64,000 bases of DNA from Adineta vaga (taxonomy: Eukaryota; Animalia; Rotifera): positions 10,044,001-10,108,000 of the forward strand of contig CP075495.1 of the NCBI GenBank assembly GCA_021613535.1, written 5' to 3'. Both the position numbers and the translations under genes were made by a program. Position 1 is the first letter of the stretch; each line of letters opens with the position of its first letter. The notes under the pieces were generated by a model. The model was not told the origin of the DNA. It worked only from the letters and a program-made list of their open reading frames with translations, and searched no databases. Shown piece after piece: positions 53,300 through 64,000 of the stretch.

Positions 53300-55357
53300 G
53301 AAAAATGAAGAAAATCATAATTTTGTCTCTCTTCACAGAAAAATCACCTATTTTTGTTAAAAATTGCATCTTATTTTAATTTTTGTGTTGAAATTAGTGA
53401 TGTTTAATAAATTCGATGAAAAAAATCTATATCTCAGTTCAATAGGAGAGAAACAATGTATATTATTCAATATTTGATAATATTATGAAAACATATAAAA
53501 ATTCTTTGATCGCAATTGAATTTATTTCGTTAAATTAGTCAAGATAGAACTTGAATGGTAGACAGTGAAGCATTTGAAAATTCTAACAGAACAAACATTA
53601 CATGTAGCTAAAACAACTTTCCATTTAATCATATCAACTTATTTAAGTAATGAAAATTTCCAGTAATAGGAATATTTAGAAATAGTCTATTTAATTTCAG
53701 TAACAAAATACAAAGAATCAAGAACTTTGCTACAAAAATACTTTTCTTTTAAAAATATTACATAAAAATTTTATTGAAATACAATTTAATTAATTATATT
53801 ACATAAATGTTCTCAAGAATTTTAAGTTTTCATTCGATGTTGAGTCTTATGGATATCATTTCAAAAAAAATAAACTTCATAATACATAACATCAACGACA
53901 TTTCACTAACTTATTGTTTTGGACTAGATACTTGTGCATTGACGTATTACAAAGTTGTTCCTATTGTTAAAAAGATTAAACAATACTGAGAATTAGAAAA
54001 AAAAACTTCATTTCCTCTATTCTTTTTAATGAATCATGCATATCATATATTCTCAGAACTTCTCTCATTAAAAAATGTACCGACTAAAAAAAACTATTTC
54101 TTCCTAGAAAAATTTCTCTAAAAGTCGACGGAAGCTCGAGATATATACTTTGTTGAATCTAATATTGAAGAAAAAAACAAAATTTTCTCGCAAAATAGTG
54201 AGTAGTATTGTTTGAATATTAGAAAAATTTCCACTAATGTTGAAAACTTAAGATAAATGAGTAGTTAAGATAGCAGATATCGTTGTTTAATTTGAAAGAA
54301 TTCAATTTATTGACTTTTCTAACTTTCAAAGGGAGACTATTTTAAATAATTATACAAACAATCGCTTCAATTTTCAAGGATACAAAGAAATGTAATGTTT
54401 CATTTTTTTTTCTCTTAAAACTTCTGGTCATAATCTTTAGACAGTCCAAAGTTTTAACCATCTTTTTCTCTAGATGATTCGCTTGAAAAATACAAATTTT
54501 GAATAATAAACAAGTTTGAACTTTGCTTTTTGAAAAAGTGTGTTCCCTTGCCAACTAAAATAAAAATTACTATTTTCTTTTCATAGTCATCGATCATTTT
54601 CGTTTTGAATAAAAACTCCTTTTGCTTCTCTTGCTTGTCAATGCACCTTTTTCGTACGAAAATTTATAAAAGGACGTTAGTTTCCTTTTCTCATTTGAAT
54701 TCCATTACCAATGATATTTAAACAATGAATATATTAATATGAAAATATAATGAAAGAAAAAAGAATTGTCAGTGAAAAAAATTGATTAATAAAAAGGAAT
54801 CTACATTTTTTATCTTTTTCTTCATACTCATACTTTCCGAATCCTAAGACTTTAGAAAAAACCAGAGCGTAAGATTTTTCATTTTTTCTTACTAATAATA
54901 GTTCATGACTCGAAGTATATAGTAGGTTTTCTTTCTTTGACAAATAGCTCTAATGAAACATATTGAATTTTTTATTAAACATCGTTGAGAACGATAAAGA
55001 AGTCAAAAAAAGGAGAAACTATATAAATTTTTAGTTACTATAGAAATCTGAGATACGATAATGGAAACGAGCGCAACACATACATACATAGTTCTATTAA
55101 CCTCTATGAAAACTTCGGGCGAAAGGTTATAAAATGCACCTTATCGTACTTTCTGCCTTTTTTGTATACTTCAATTATATATTGAGAAGAATATCGGCTG
55201 TTTTTTATTACAGATTATTCAATTTCTACCACGAATCAATCAAGCAAGAAACGTTTTTATTAGATCAAATTTTTCAATTCTTTATTGACTCAAATAAAAG
55301 TTCTTAAAAACTATAGAAGTAATACTTCATTCACTCATTGACGATTTATAGTTAAAA

Positions 55358-56936
55358 ATGCAACGGTAAGTAAAAGAGAACTGTAAGAATCATTTTTATT
55401 ATAGAAAATCGACATTTTCTTTGAAAATATCATTCGGTCAATATGCCATTCGTTATAGTACTTTCATATGTCGTTAATATTCAAAAAGAATCTTCTAATC
55501 TATTTTCTCGTATGTTTAACATTCATGTAATTCTAAGGTAAAATAAATATTTGATCGTTTAATTATAAACCGAATTGAAAGAAAGAAATTCTTTTCATTC
55601 TTGAAAAAAATCTCCTTTTTTTCTTGATTCCTTTATAATGCATATATGTTTTGTTTGAATTATCAAAAAATTTTCTTTTTATTTAAGGATGAATCAAAAT
55701 ACCAATGAAACAATGAAACGTGTTCCTATGTCCATTACATCAACATCACCGATATCATCATCATCATCATCATCATCATCATCGCGTGTTCATTCAAGAG
55801 ATCATTCACCACCACCGGATCTTCTCTGGATAAGTAAACAACAACAACAACATCCATTAGCACACACACATCCATTAAAGAATACAGTTCGAGCAAATAA
55901 CAATGGTGTACGCTATAAATTTGATGGTAAACAATGGCGAGCATTATGTCAATCAGCTGATGGATGTGAATGTCGAAATTTAGCATTTCGTTCATCGTTA
56001 TGTCAAAAACATTTTTATAAATCACATCTTTTAAAACGGCCATATAAAAAATCTGGATCACATTCCGCTGCAATACGAGGAATGCCACCACTTGCTTTGA
56101 GACGACCAATAAATCATCCTCAGTATCATCCTATGAATGAGCATACATATGAAGAAGGAGAAGATTCAATTGAAGTTTTGGAGAATAATGAAGTAAGTTT
56201 AATGAAAAGAAAAATAAAGTCTTACATGTATATGTGTAAAATGATTTGATTTATTTAGTTTAAATTAACCAAACCAGGCAATTGTAATAAAGTATCAAAA
56301 AATGAATCTGAACAAGAATTTACTTATTTTTCAATTGATTGTGATTCACAATTTGAACCATATACACATGAATTACAACCGATAGAATCGAAATCAGTAT
56401 GTAAAAAATCTAGTCTTGAAAAAATAAATAGCTCTTCTCTTTCTTTCGAATCTTTATAGTGTTCACAAATGAATCGAATGAATTCGACAAGTAATGAAAT
56501 TCTTGTATCAAAAGAATCTGAAAATCCATCGTTTAATATTTCCATGCTAAAAATAACTGAATCAATCCGTTCCGGTTTACCACCATTAACACGTACTGAA
56601 GAAAAATCTCTAGCAAATGAACTTATTATTCAACTACCGAATGATATATCCTTCTCAATGGCTGAACAAATAGCACGTCGTCGAGCATGTGAAATTGTTA
56701 TGGATAATTATTCACATCAATTATTCCCAACTAATATAATATGTGAATGGTTTTATGATTTTCTTTTACGTAATCCACGTTTACCCATACATTTTCCCGC
56801 ATGGTTTTCTTCAGTTAAATCAACAATACCTTCAACTGATCAAATTATTGATATTAAAATATGGGAACTTGGATTGGTAACAAGATCAGTGATAGCATCA
56901 TCTTCATCATATTCAACTAGTTCATCATCACCATGA
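55358..56936 (+). CDS. Putative nuclear protein with a Capicua-L-like Cys/His motif and a CENP-B/Tc5-like HTH, 4 coding exons
   Basis: GVRYKFDGKQWRALC..C..LCQKH and LTRTEEKSLA..RRRACEI..WFYDFLLRNPRL. Micro first exon ATG CAA CG splices in frame to 55688. Confidence 0.6.
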
Positions 56937-57529
56937 CAGAATTTTCTCTTTCGTGTTGATATTTTATTGTTCTTGTATTCTTTTTTTTTCGTAAAATATA
57001 AATTAATAAGTCTATATTGAGGTCATATATTAAAATTATAAATTTTTGTTTTCTATGATAGTTGAAACTAGAATGACTTGTATTTCGTATTACAGCAAGA
57101 TGAGATGGATAAAATTGAATAGTATACAATTATTAGTTGATGCTATTATCAAGTCTATACTTAAAGCATCAAAAACTAGGAGTAATTATGCTTTGTAAAT
57201 ATCAGTCCATGCAAGTAAAATATATTGAAAACAGTAGGTTTCATATAAGTCTATATATATGACATTGATATAACTAAAATTTTTACACAAGAAGTCTAGC
57301 ATCTTAACCATATGATCGAGCAGATGTATATGTTTTTTTGGTGACATATAGTATTATGAAATTGATAATGCACATTCTAGAAGTAATTAAGAATTATCTA
57401 TGAGTCATTGCATCAGGCAATAAAGTTTTTATCTCGTGAGAATCTGATCAGATGTTTTATTAAGAAAAATTATTGTGATACTATCCGATCGAACATCATT
57501 CATTTTAATTCAAATACGAAAAAAATAAC

Positions 57530-58206
57530 ATGCACGTCTTTCTTTTTATCATTGTTGCAGCCAGTACCGTTTTCTCAACCAGTCAAGCTGCATCAAGTAT
57601 AGTTTTTCGCTGAAAAAGAGAATTATTCATTTGAATATTTTGGTAATAGATTGTTCGCTATGTAACTTGGGAGAAGAATTTATTCCATCAAATGGATACA
57701 ATTGTTTTTCACTAAGTAATGCCCATGTTGCTTGTACTTGTCCTGATCAACGATATACACTGGATAAACCTTGCCGTATGATATTTCTTGAAATAGTCTA
57801 ATTAATTTTCTATTGATGAGATTTTTATAGGTATTTGTGAACGAGAAAACATCTGTGGTGATAATGCCGGAAATCTATGTTCAGAAGTATTAGATACGGT
57901 ATCAAGTACTCAAAACGATGAAACACATCATTTTAGTTGCTTTTGTACTGATTATACTTTCTTTATCGGAAAAGCTTGTCCATCAAGTAAAATTTCGAAA
58001 ATTCCTTCTCCGATTATATTCTCTTTGATTCTTTTCTAGCTACAACAGTAGCAACAAGCACTACAACAACACAACCAACAGATCCAGTAACAACAACCCA
58101 ATTTATAGATACTACAGTAACAACCACGACCCAAAAAATGACACGACCACCAACAACAACAACAAAAACAACAACAGAAGACGATGAATTCGTTGAATAT
58201 AATTAG
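57530..58206 (+). CDS. Small secreted protein with two six-Cys EGF-like modules and a Thr-rich tail, 4 exons; absent from the ORF track
   Basis: Signal peptide MHVFLFIIVAASTVFSTSQA; exons CSLC..C..CTC..C and C..C..C..CFC..C; tail TTVATSTTTTQPT. All three introns are phase 1 and splice in frame. Confidence 0.75.
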
Positions 58207-58484
58207 AAACTAACTCTTTCGCATTATTTAATCACTTTAATCATTAAAAACTATGCTTTAAGGATCCTTTTTCTTTTCTTTCTCATTCAGTTTGTCAATA
58301 AAAAAGAAAAGGAATTATGAAATCATTCGAAAGAAAAATCGAATATTTATCGTAAGCTGCTAGGCATTCTTGTATGAAACTCCAACGTTTGTTTGCTTTT
58401 TAAAAACGAAAAAAAAGAGATGTATTTATAGAATTGTATATTAAAACTCAGATGACATACTAGAGAAGTAAAGAACATCAAAAG

Positions 58485-60170
58485 ATGGCGACATCACGAA
58501 TAAGTATCAATACAAATCTATCTTCTAATACACGTGAACAGCGTCAAGCTCAAGTGCGTATACGTGCACTTCAACGACGAACTAGTAAGTAAAATATTAA
58601 GACAAACAATTTTTGAAAGAAATAATATTCGTTGCTGTTGTTGTATGTAATGAATAATTTAATGTATTGTTTATTCAATAGACGCTCTATATGAAGATTT
58701 ATCTCGTTCATCAATTCTTGCTAAAACAGCTGTCGATGATTTTAAACAAGCTTATACATCAATTACAAATGAATTTCAAGAACAACGGCAACATCTTCTT
58801 CAACATCTTCATCATATTAAAGAAGATATAAAACAGTAGATTATATTCTTTTCATTAGAATAATCAGTCATCTATTAAATATTTTGCTTAGATCAACAAG
58901 TGAATTAAATAAAATACATAAAAATCTTCATACTGTTCAGTCTCATCAGCAAACAAAAAAGTGAAATTAATAGTTGTTCGTTGTAAATTTCATTTAAAAT
59001 GATTTTATACAGATCCTCAACGAATTCAACTAATGATGAAATTCATCAAATGAATGATATGATTGAAGATATTGATCGTGTATTAATTAAAATAGCACAA
59101 CAATTGAAACCCGTAAGTACGTTGATTTCTCTTTCTCGTCTTATTTTCCTATACAAGAAAATAAATAGTTTCGTTATATACCTTCAAATGATCAAACAAC
59201 AATCAATAGACCATATGGTTCACGATTTGCTAAAAACTCATATTATAAAACGATTGAATTACCATCAACATTATCCAATGATAATCAGAATTTTTCTATG
59301 TATAGACTTTACACTATTGATGTAGATATAACGCCAAAATGGGTTGTTGCATCTATTGATAAACGCATCTTTCTATGTGATACCGAAGGCGAAGTACGTA
59401 TATTTTCGTATTCACGTAGTTTACGTCGACAACCATTATTAACAGAACATTTTCATCTGGCTACTTTACGTGTAATATTATCATTTACAGTTACAGAAGA
59501 TTATTTAGTTGCATTCGAAGCTCCTACACAAACATTAACATTACATACACACCATGGTGGAATACTTTTACGTTTATCATTTCCATATGATCCTATTATG
59601 ATGATTCGAAGTAATTATCATAAGAAGAATCAAATTTGGACATGTAGTCATATACAACGAAAATGTTATCGACTTCTTCTCGATCATTTGATGAAAGAAG
59701 TAACAATTTTTGATGAATATGATTTAACAAATTCAATTTCAAATTCGGTTCCAGCACCTATTGGAATCTCAACTGATGATAAAGATCGTATTGCTGTACA
59801 TGATATTAATACAGTGACATTAGATCGTCTATTACTCTTTATTAATGATGAAATTATGACTATATCACTTGATTTTGTTAAATATCTTGATAGTCTAGCT
59901 ACGTCTCGTATTGAACATATCTTATTAATTTCTAAACAAGAACATTTAGTTGCTATTATTTATGCACCGAAATATTCTATGAATGAATTACGTGAAATTA
60001 TTATTGCAGATATTAGTGTTACTCCGGCACAAATACTCTATCGTTTACCTGAACCGAATGGTATTCGAGGTGTTGATATAACATCAAATGGTGAACTAGT
60101 CTATACAGTTCCAACACAAAAAAATAAACGAATTCCGACTAAAATGCACATCTATAGTTTATTTCGTTAA
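58485..60170 (+). CDS. Uncharacterised protein, N-terminal coiled coil plus C-terminal NHL-like/beta-propeller-like region
   Basis: Short helical exons (58485-59112) and a long terminal exon with PIGISTDDKDRIAVHD and IRGVDITSNGELVY. Confidence 0.55.
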
Positions 60171-60692
60171 TGTATAAATTGATCATGAAATGTTTTCTTA
60201 ATTGAATAAGATTATTGGAATACGAGAAGATATTTTACTAATGATTACAATTTCTATTTGATAGCCATCTAGTTTGAAAAAGAAAAGAAGAAATACGTGA
60301 ATATAATAAATCTGTTTTTTGTTATTTTTTTCAAGGAGAGATAACTGTATGATAACTCATTCAACGACCAATGTACGCAAAATAACAACAAAAACAGAAT
60401 GAAATTATTTATATTTATGAGTATCTATACATGTGTGTGAATACATACATAGCATAGCATAACATCAATAATTAACATGAAATAAATAACGCGATTCGAT
60501 TCGTTTTTCGTTCGTTCTTTTATAAAGATAAAATACGGAATATTTCATTTTAATAATCATGTCTAATGATGACTACAGTTATATTTAACTTGTCTCGTGT
60601 TTTATCACCTTTATACTTTTCAACCCATTGCTTTTCTATGAGTCTATTCTTTATGCTATTCATACCTGTCGATATTCAAATAAAGTAAGAAT

Positions 60693-61450
60693 ATGAGATC
60701 GTTAGTAATATACGTAATCATTACTTGTTTTGCTGTTTGGATTGGATATCATCGATATAAGATCTCACAAGTAAAATTTAATCTTATATTTTATATTCAG
60801 AAGTTTATCATATAAACTTATTTTAGTTCACACGAAGTCGATCGAAAGGTTCATATAATATTTCATCTTCACAAAAAAATATTACGGATGAATATCAATT
60901 CTATAATCGATCTGAACAAAATCGAAATGGTTATTTTGAATTTAAACATATCGTTTACAAATACGGACTTTGTGGTAATCTTCAAACGCCTCCATTGAAA
61001 CGACCCTGTACACCCTATTTACATGTACATCCTTATCAAAACGAACAGTTTATACTTCTTCAAGGTCAACTATCTTATCATCTTGGTGCAACAATTCATT
61101 CCTGTGATATTCATACATGTCCATCACCAATTATAATTCCACCATTAGTTCCTCATACATTTTGGATGAATGATAATCAAGAAGATCTAATTCTAACTAT
61201 TCGCATTGAACCCGCATATAGAACTTATGGATTACGAGCTGAATCATTTGAAAATATAGTTGGTGCTCATCGTGATAATGTTTTAAATCTATGGCAAGCA
61301 TTTGTCTTTATTGAAAATATTGATACATATCCCGTATTTCTTCCATTATTTTTCTCGAAACTTTTTATTAAAACTGGTTCTTTAATTGGACATTTACTCG
61401 GTTATCAAGTAGAATATGATGAATATACAACACGAAATTTTGAAATTTAA
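60693..61450 (+). CDS. Cupin-domain protein with N-terminal signal/anchor, 2 exons
   Basis: HVHPYQNEQFILLQG (cupin motif 1) and IPPLVPHTFW (motif 2); intron at ~60771-60827. Confidence 0.8.
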
Positions 61451-63183
61451 TTAACTAAGTGTATTTTTATTTGATGCACCATGTTTACAAACTTTCTTTC
61501 CACGTATCATGACTTCATGTAAAGCATAGAATTCGACTAGTGAATAGATAATTAATACAAAAGGTGTTAGAAGAAAATGAAAAAGATTTCGAAGAAAAAA
61601 AATACATTCATCAACATTTAACAATCGGGGAATAAATATATCAATGATGAAAGCAATTAAAAATGCGAACATTTGAATTGTAAAGAATATATACATGAGA
61701 TAGATAATAGAACTGGGAATTTCTTCAAGGAGAAATAATGTCGAGATAAAAGATGTTAGACTATAAAGACCACTTGAACAGAGCAATATACCGTAATAAA
61801 TAAGAAAAGTTATTGACCATGAAACTGACGTCAATAATGGAATACGTCGAGATTTTACCATAAAATAATGAAATACTTCAGCTGCACCTATTGTCCATCG
61901 TCGTGCTTGTCGTGCCCATTCCATAAATTCATATTCAATAGTTCGACCACATGTAGGTCCACTTAAAACAGGTGTTAAAACCATTTGAATCGAAAGACGA
62001 TGACCTGTTACACCCATCCATCGAATAAGACATATAATATCATCCATTTGATAGGCAGGATGTACGAAATTTCCTGCCTTAGCCAATGATAATGAAAAAG
62101 AAAAAATGCTCATTGTATTAATAGAAAATGGTATTAATGCACCTAACATTAATGTACTTCGAAGTATACCAGTAATGCGCGTGAAAAATGATAGACCATC
62201 TAAATTCCAATTGTAAAATAATGGTGGTTGATAAATAGTTGTTAATGCTGGAAAATTTGCTTTTATATATTGATAAGTTAATGCAGCAATGTATTGTCGA
62301 TGAAATTGTGAATCAGCATCACATGTTGTTATGAGAATATGATCTCCATTGGTTTCATTTAATTTTAATTGTTCAACTGCTGTACGTAATGCATAATTAG
62401 CATTCGAACATTTACCTGGAATTTCATTGACAAGTCCATATGGATGTATAGTAAAAATAAGTTTTCGAAAACCTGTTTGTGCATAATAAGTTTCTAATGT
62501 TTGACATTTTAAATGAACATCTGGTGTACGTTCTTCAAATGAGATAACCATCGTTATCCGACTAACTTCTGTTTGTGCGGCAAGAGTATCCACACTTCGT
62601 TTGATTAATTCTAATGGTTCTTTGTAACAACTAATAACAACCAAATGCTGAATCTTATTGCTTTCTTCAGTTGTTAACAAAGCAGAATAATCATCATATC
62701 GATGACTAAAAAATAGAAATGCGACTAAAGACAAAACAAAAGGAGATAGCTATTAACTAACCGATATAGTATAAACGCATTACGTCCTGCAAGCAGACTG
62801 ATGATAAGCCAAATGATTACAAATATACATTGAATAGAAGGTAAAATATATATAGCTAGTTCATTGGAAACAAACGGAAGCCAAAGTGGTAATGGACAGA
62901 TGATCCAAACAAGTAAATTGAAAAGTAAATTCCAACGAAATCGTTGTTGTCCACTTTTGATATCATGATGATTGATTGGAATTGTTGATTCTGGTATCGA
63001 TATACTAATATTGTTATCTGATATTTTTGGTGTTGATACTGGTAACACTTCTTCTGGTATTGTATAATGATCATTAGATGAAATAGCTCGTCGATATGCT
63101 GGCTTATAGTCAATTTTTTCTGGTTGGAATCCTGTATTTTGATAACTAGAAGTTGCTTTGAGAATTTTTTGATGAAACGACAT
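61451..63183 (-). CDS. Integral-membrane family-2 glycosyltransferase, processive type, 2 exons
   Basis: YKEP, IPGKCSN, TCDADS, QMDD and RQARRW (QxxRW signature); TM helices at both ends; intron 62706-62761. Confidence 0.88.
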
Positions 63184-64000
63184 GATTTTAGAAATTGATT
63201 TTTAATTAAGTTATAATTTGCTGAATATATATATATATATACATATGCTGCTTTCATAGTCACGAAATGTACTTTTCTTCCATTCTGTCACGATTAAGGA
63301 GTATAGCTAACATGATGACTCATATGTTTTACTAATATAAATAGAGTATACTTATACAAGACTTTCAACCCGCGCAAAGCTATTGATTCATCGTATGATG
63401 TACTTTTAACACCAGTGCATGATCTTAAATAAGCTTTTTTTAAGTCGTGACTCATATTCTATATTATTTAAAGAAAACCACATTATGCTTTTAATAGACT
63501 CGTAAATACCACGCTATGAGTAAAACTTCTCAGCTGATTATAGTACGATAAAAAGTATTAGAATGAAAATATTTTGAAAAAAAATTAAATAACATTCGTT
63601 GTCTCTATCTATTCATTGGCGTTGACAACTATTGTCGACAAACAAGTCTAGTGACAACTCAACGGAAGATCCACCCGGTTGTCAATTGTGTTTTTTCCGG
63701 TTTCATATGTGTATACATCAATGTATGTTAGTGCAATACGATTAGCATCCATTCGTTGTTATTCCTAGGTCGTTTGTTTCTTAACATCTTTTCTCGCTTT
63801 GCCATCTCAACTCAAAAGAATCGAATGCATACAGTGCGTGAAGATCGTACATGGTGAGCGCAAGCTAGCAAACGTGCATGCACGCGCGTCTAATTGCCAG
63901 GAGATCGCTTTTCATCCGGCAACACACATGCAACGCTCGACGACGTCTAACTTAACACAGAACAGAAAAGAAAGAACAGCATGAGAACGATCATTTTCGC

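Larger units (their letters stand above)
53104..53330. repeat. 90-bp inverted repeat with 47-bp spacer
   Basis: Arms are exact reverse complements except at 53150/53284. Confidence 0.95.
53098..53388. mobile_element. Non-autonomous Penelope-like/retrozyme-type insertion with inverted duplication
   Basis: Flanked by the 13-bp direct repeat TGAAATTAGTGAT (53085-53097, 53389-53401). Contains 90-bp inverted arms (53104-53193, 53241-53330, one mismatch) and a 15-bp direct repeat 185 nt apart (53190, 53375). Confidence 0.75.

Noticed and set aside
53104-53330. MITE/DNA-transposon interpretation of the inverted repeat
   Set aside because: The repeats are not terminal: 58 bp of element lie beyond the right arm before the duplication. 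The hammerhead cores and 185-nt redundancy fit a Penelope-like/retrozyme origin better.
41386-54943. Short ORFs of 60-127 aa listed in the gene-poor tract
   Set aside because: Low-complexity, F/I/L/K-rich translations typical of AT-rich non-coding DNA, with no motifs or consistent splice structure.
63600-64000. GC-richer right end with a 61-aa ORF and GTTGACAAC/GTGACAAC motifs
   Set aside because: Probably the promoter or 5' end of a gene beyond the window; too little sequence to call.
1-64000. CRISPR arrays, tRNA/rRNA genes, autonomous transposase or reverse-transcriptase ORFs
   Set aside because: None recognised by eye; the DNA is spliceosomal-intron-rich eukaryotic sequence with no spaced repeat arrays.

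Overview
Eukaryotic, very AT-rich animal DNA with compact genes and many ~45-65 nt GT-AG introns. The gene set and apparently foreign genes suggest a bdelloid rotifer (inference). In order, the window holds: a truncated gene at the left edge, CCDC15, three tandem double-LamG membrane-protein genes (two decayed), Flower/CACFD1, RPL34 head-to-head with TPGS1, and CFAP74, whose one long intron hosts an intronless same-strand fungal-type MpaB oxygenase gene. Then come a divergent GFRP-like gene, a tight minus-strand run (ARL5, ENT, RBR E3 ligase, IMP4, BBS9), a protocadherin with ~14 kb of gene-poor upstream DNA, a Capicua-like Zn-motif/CENP-B-HTH-like gene, a secreted EGF-like/mucin gene, a coiled-coil/beta-propeller gene, and a convergent cupin and processive GT2 pair whose stop codons abut with 0 bp between them. 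The best non-coding find is a 291-bp insertion at 53098-53388 with a 13-bp target-site duplication. It contains a 185-nt terminally redundant unit plus a 90-bp inverted copy, and each orientation carries a minimal hammerhead-ribozyme motif (Penelope-like/retrozyme type). Gene models and family calls were made by eye from recalled family motifs; no searches were run.
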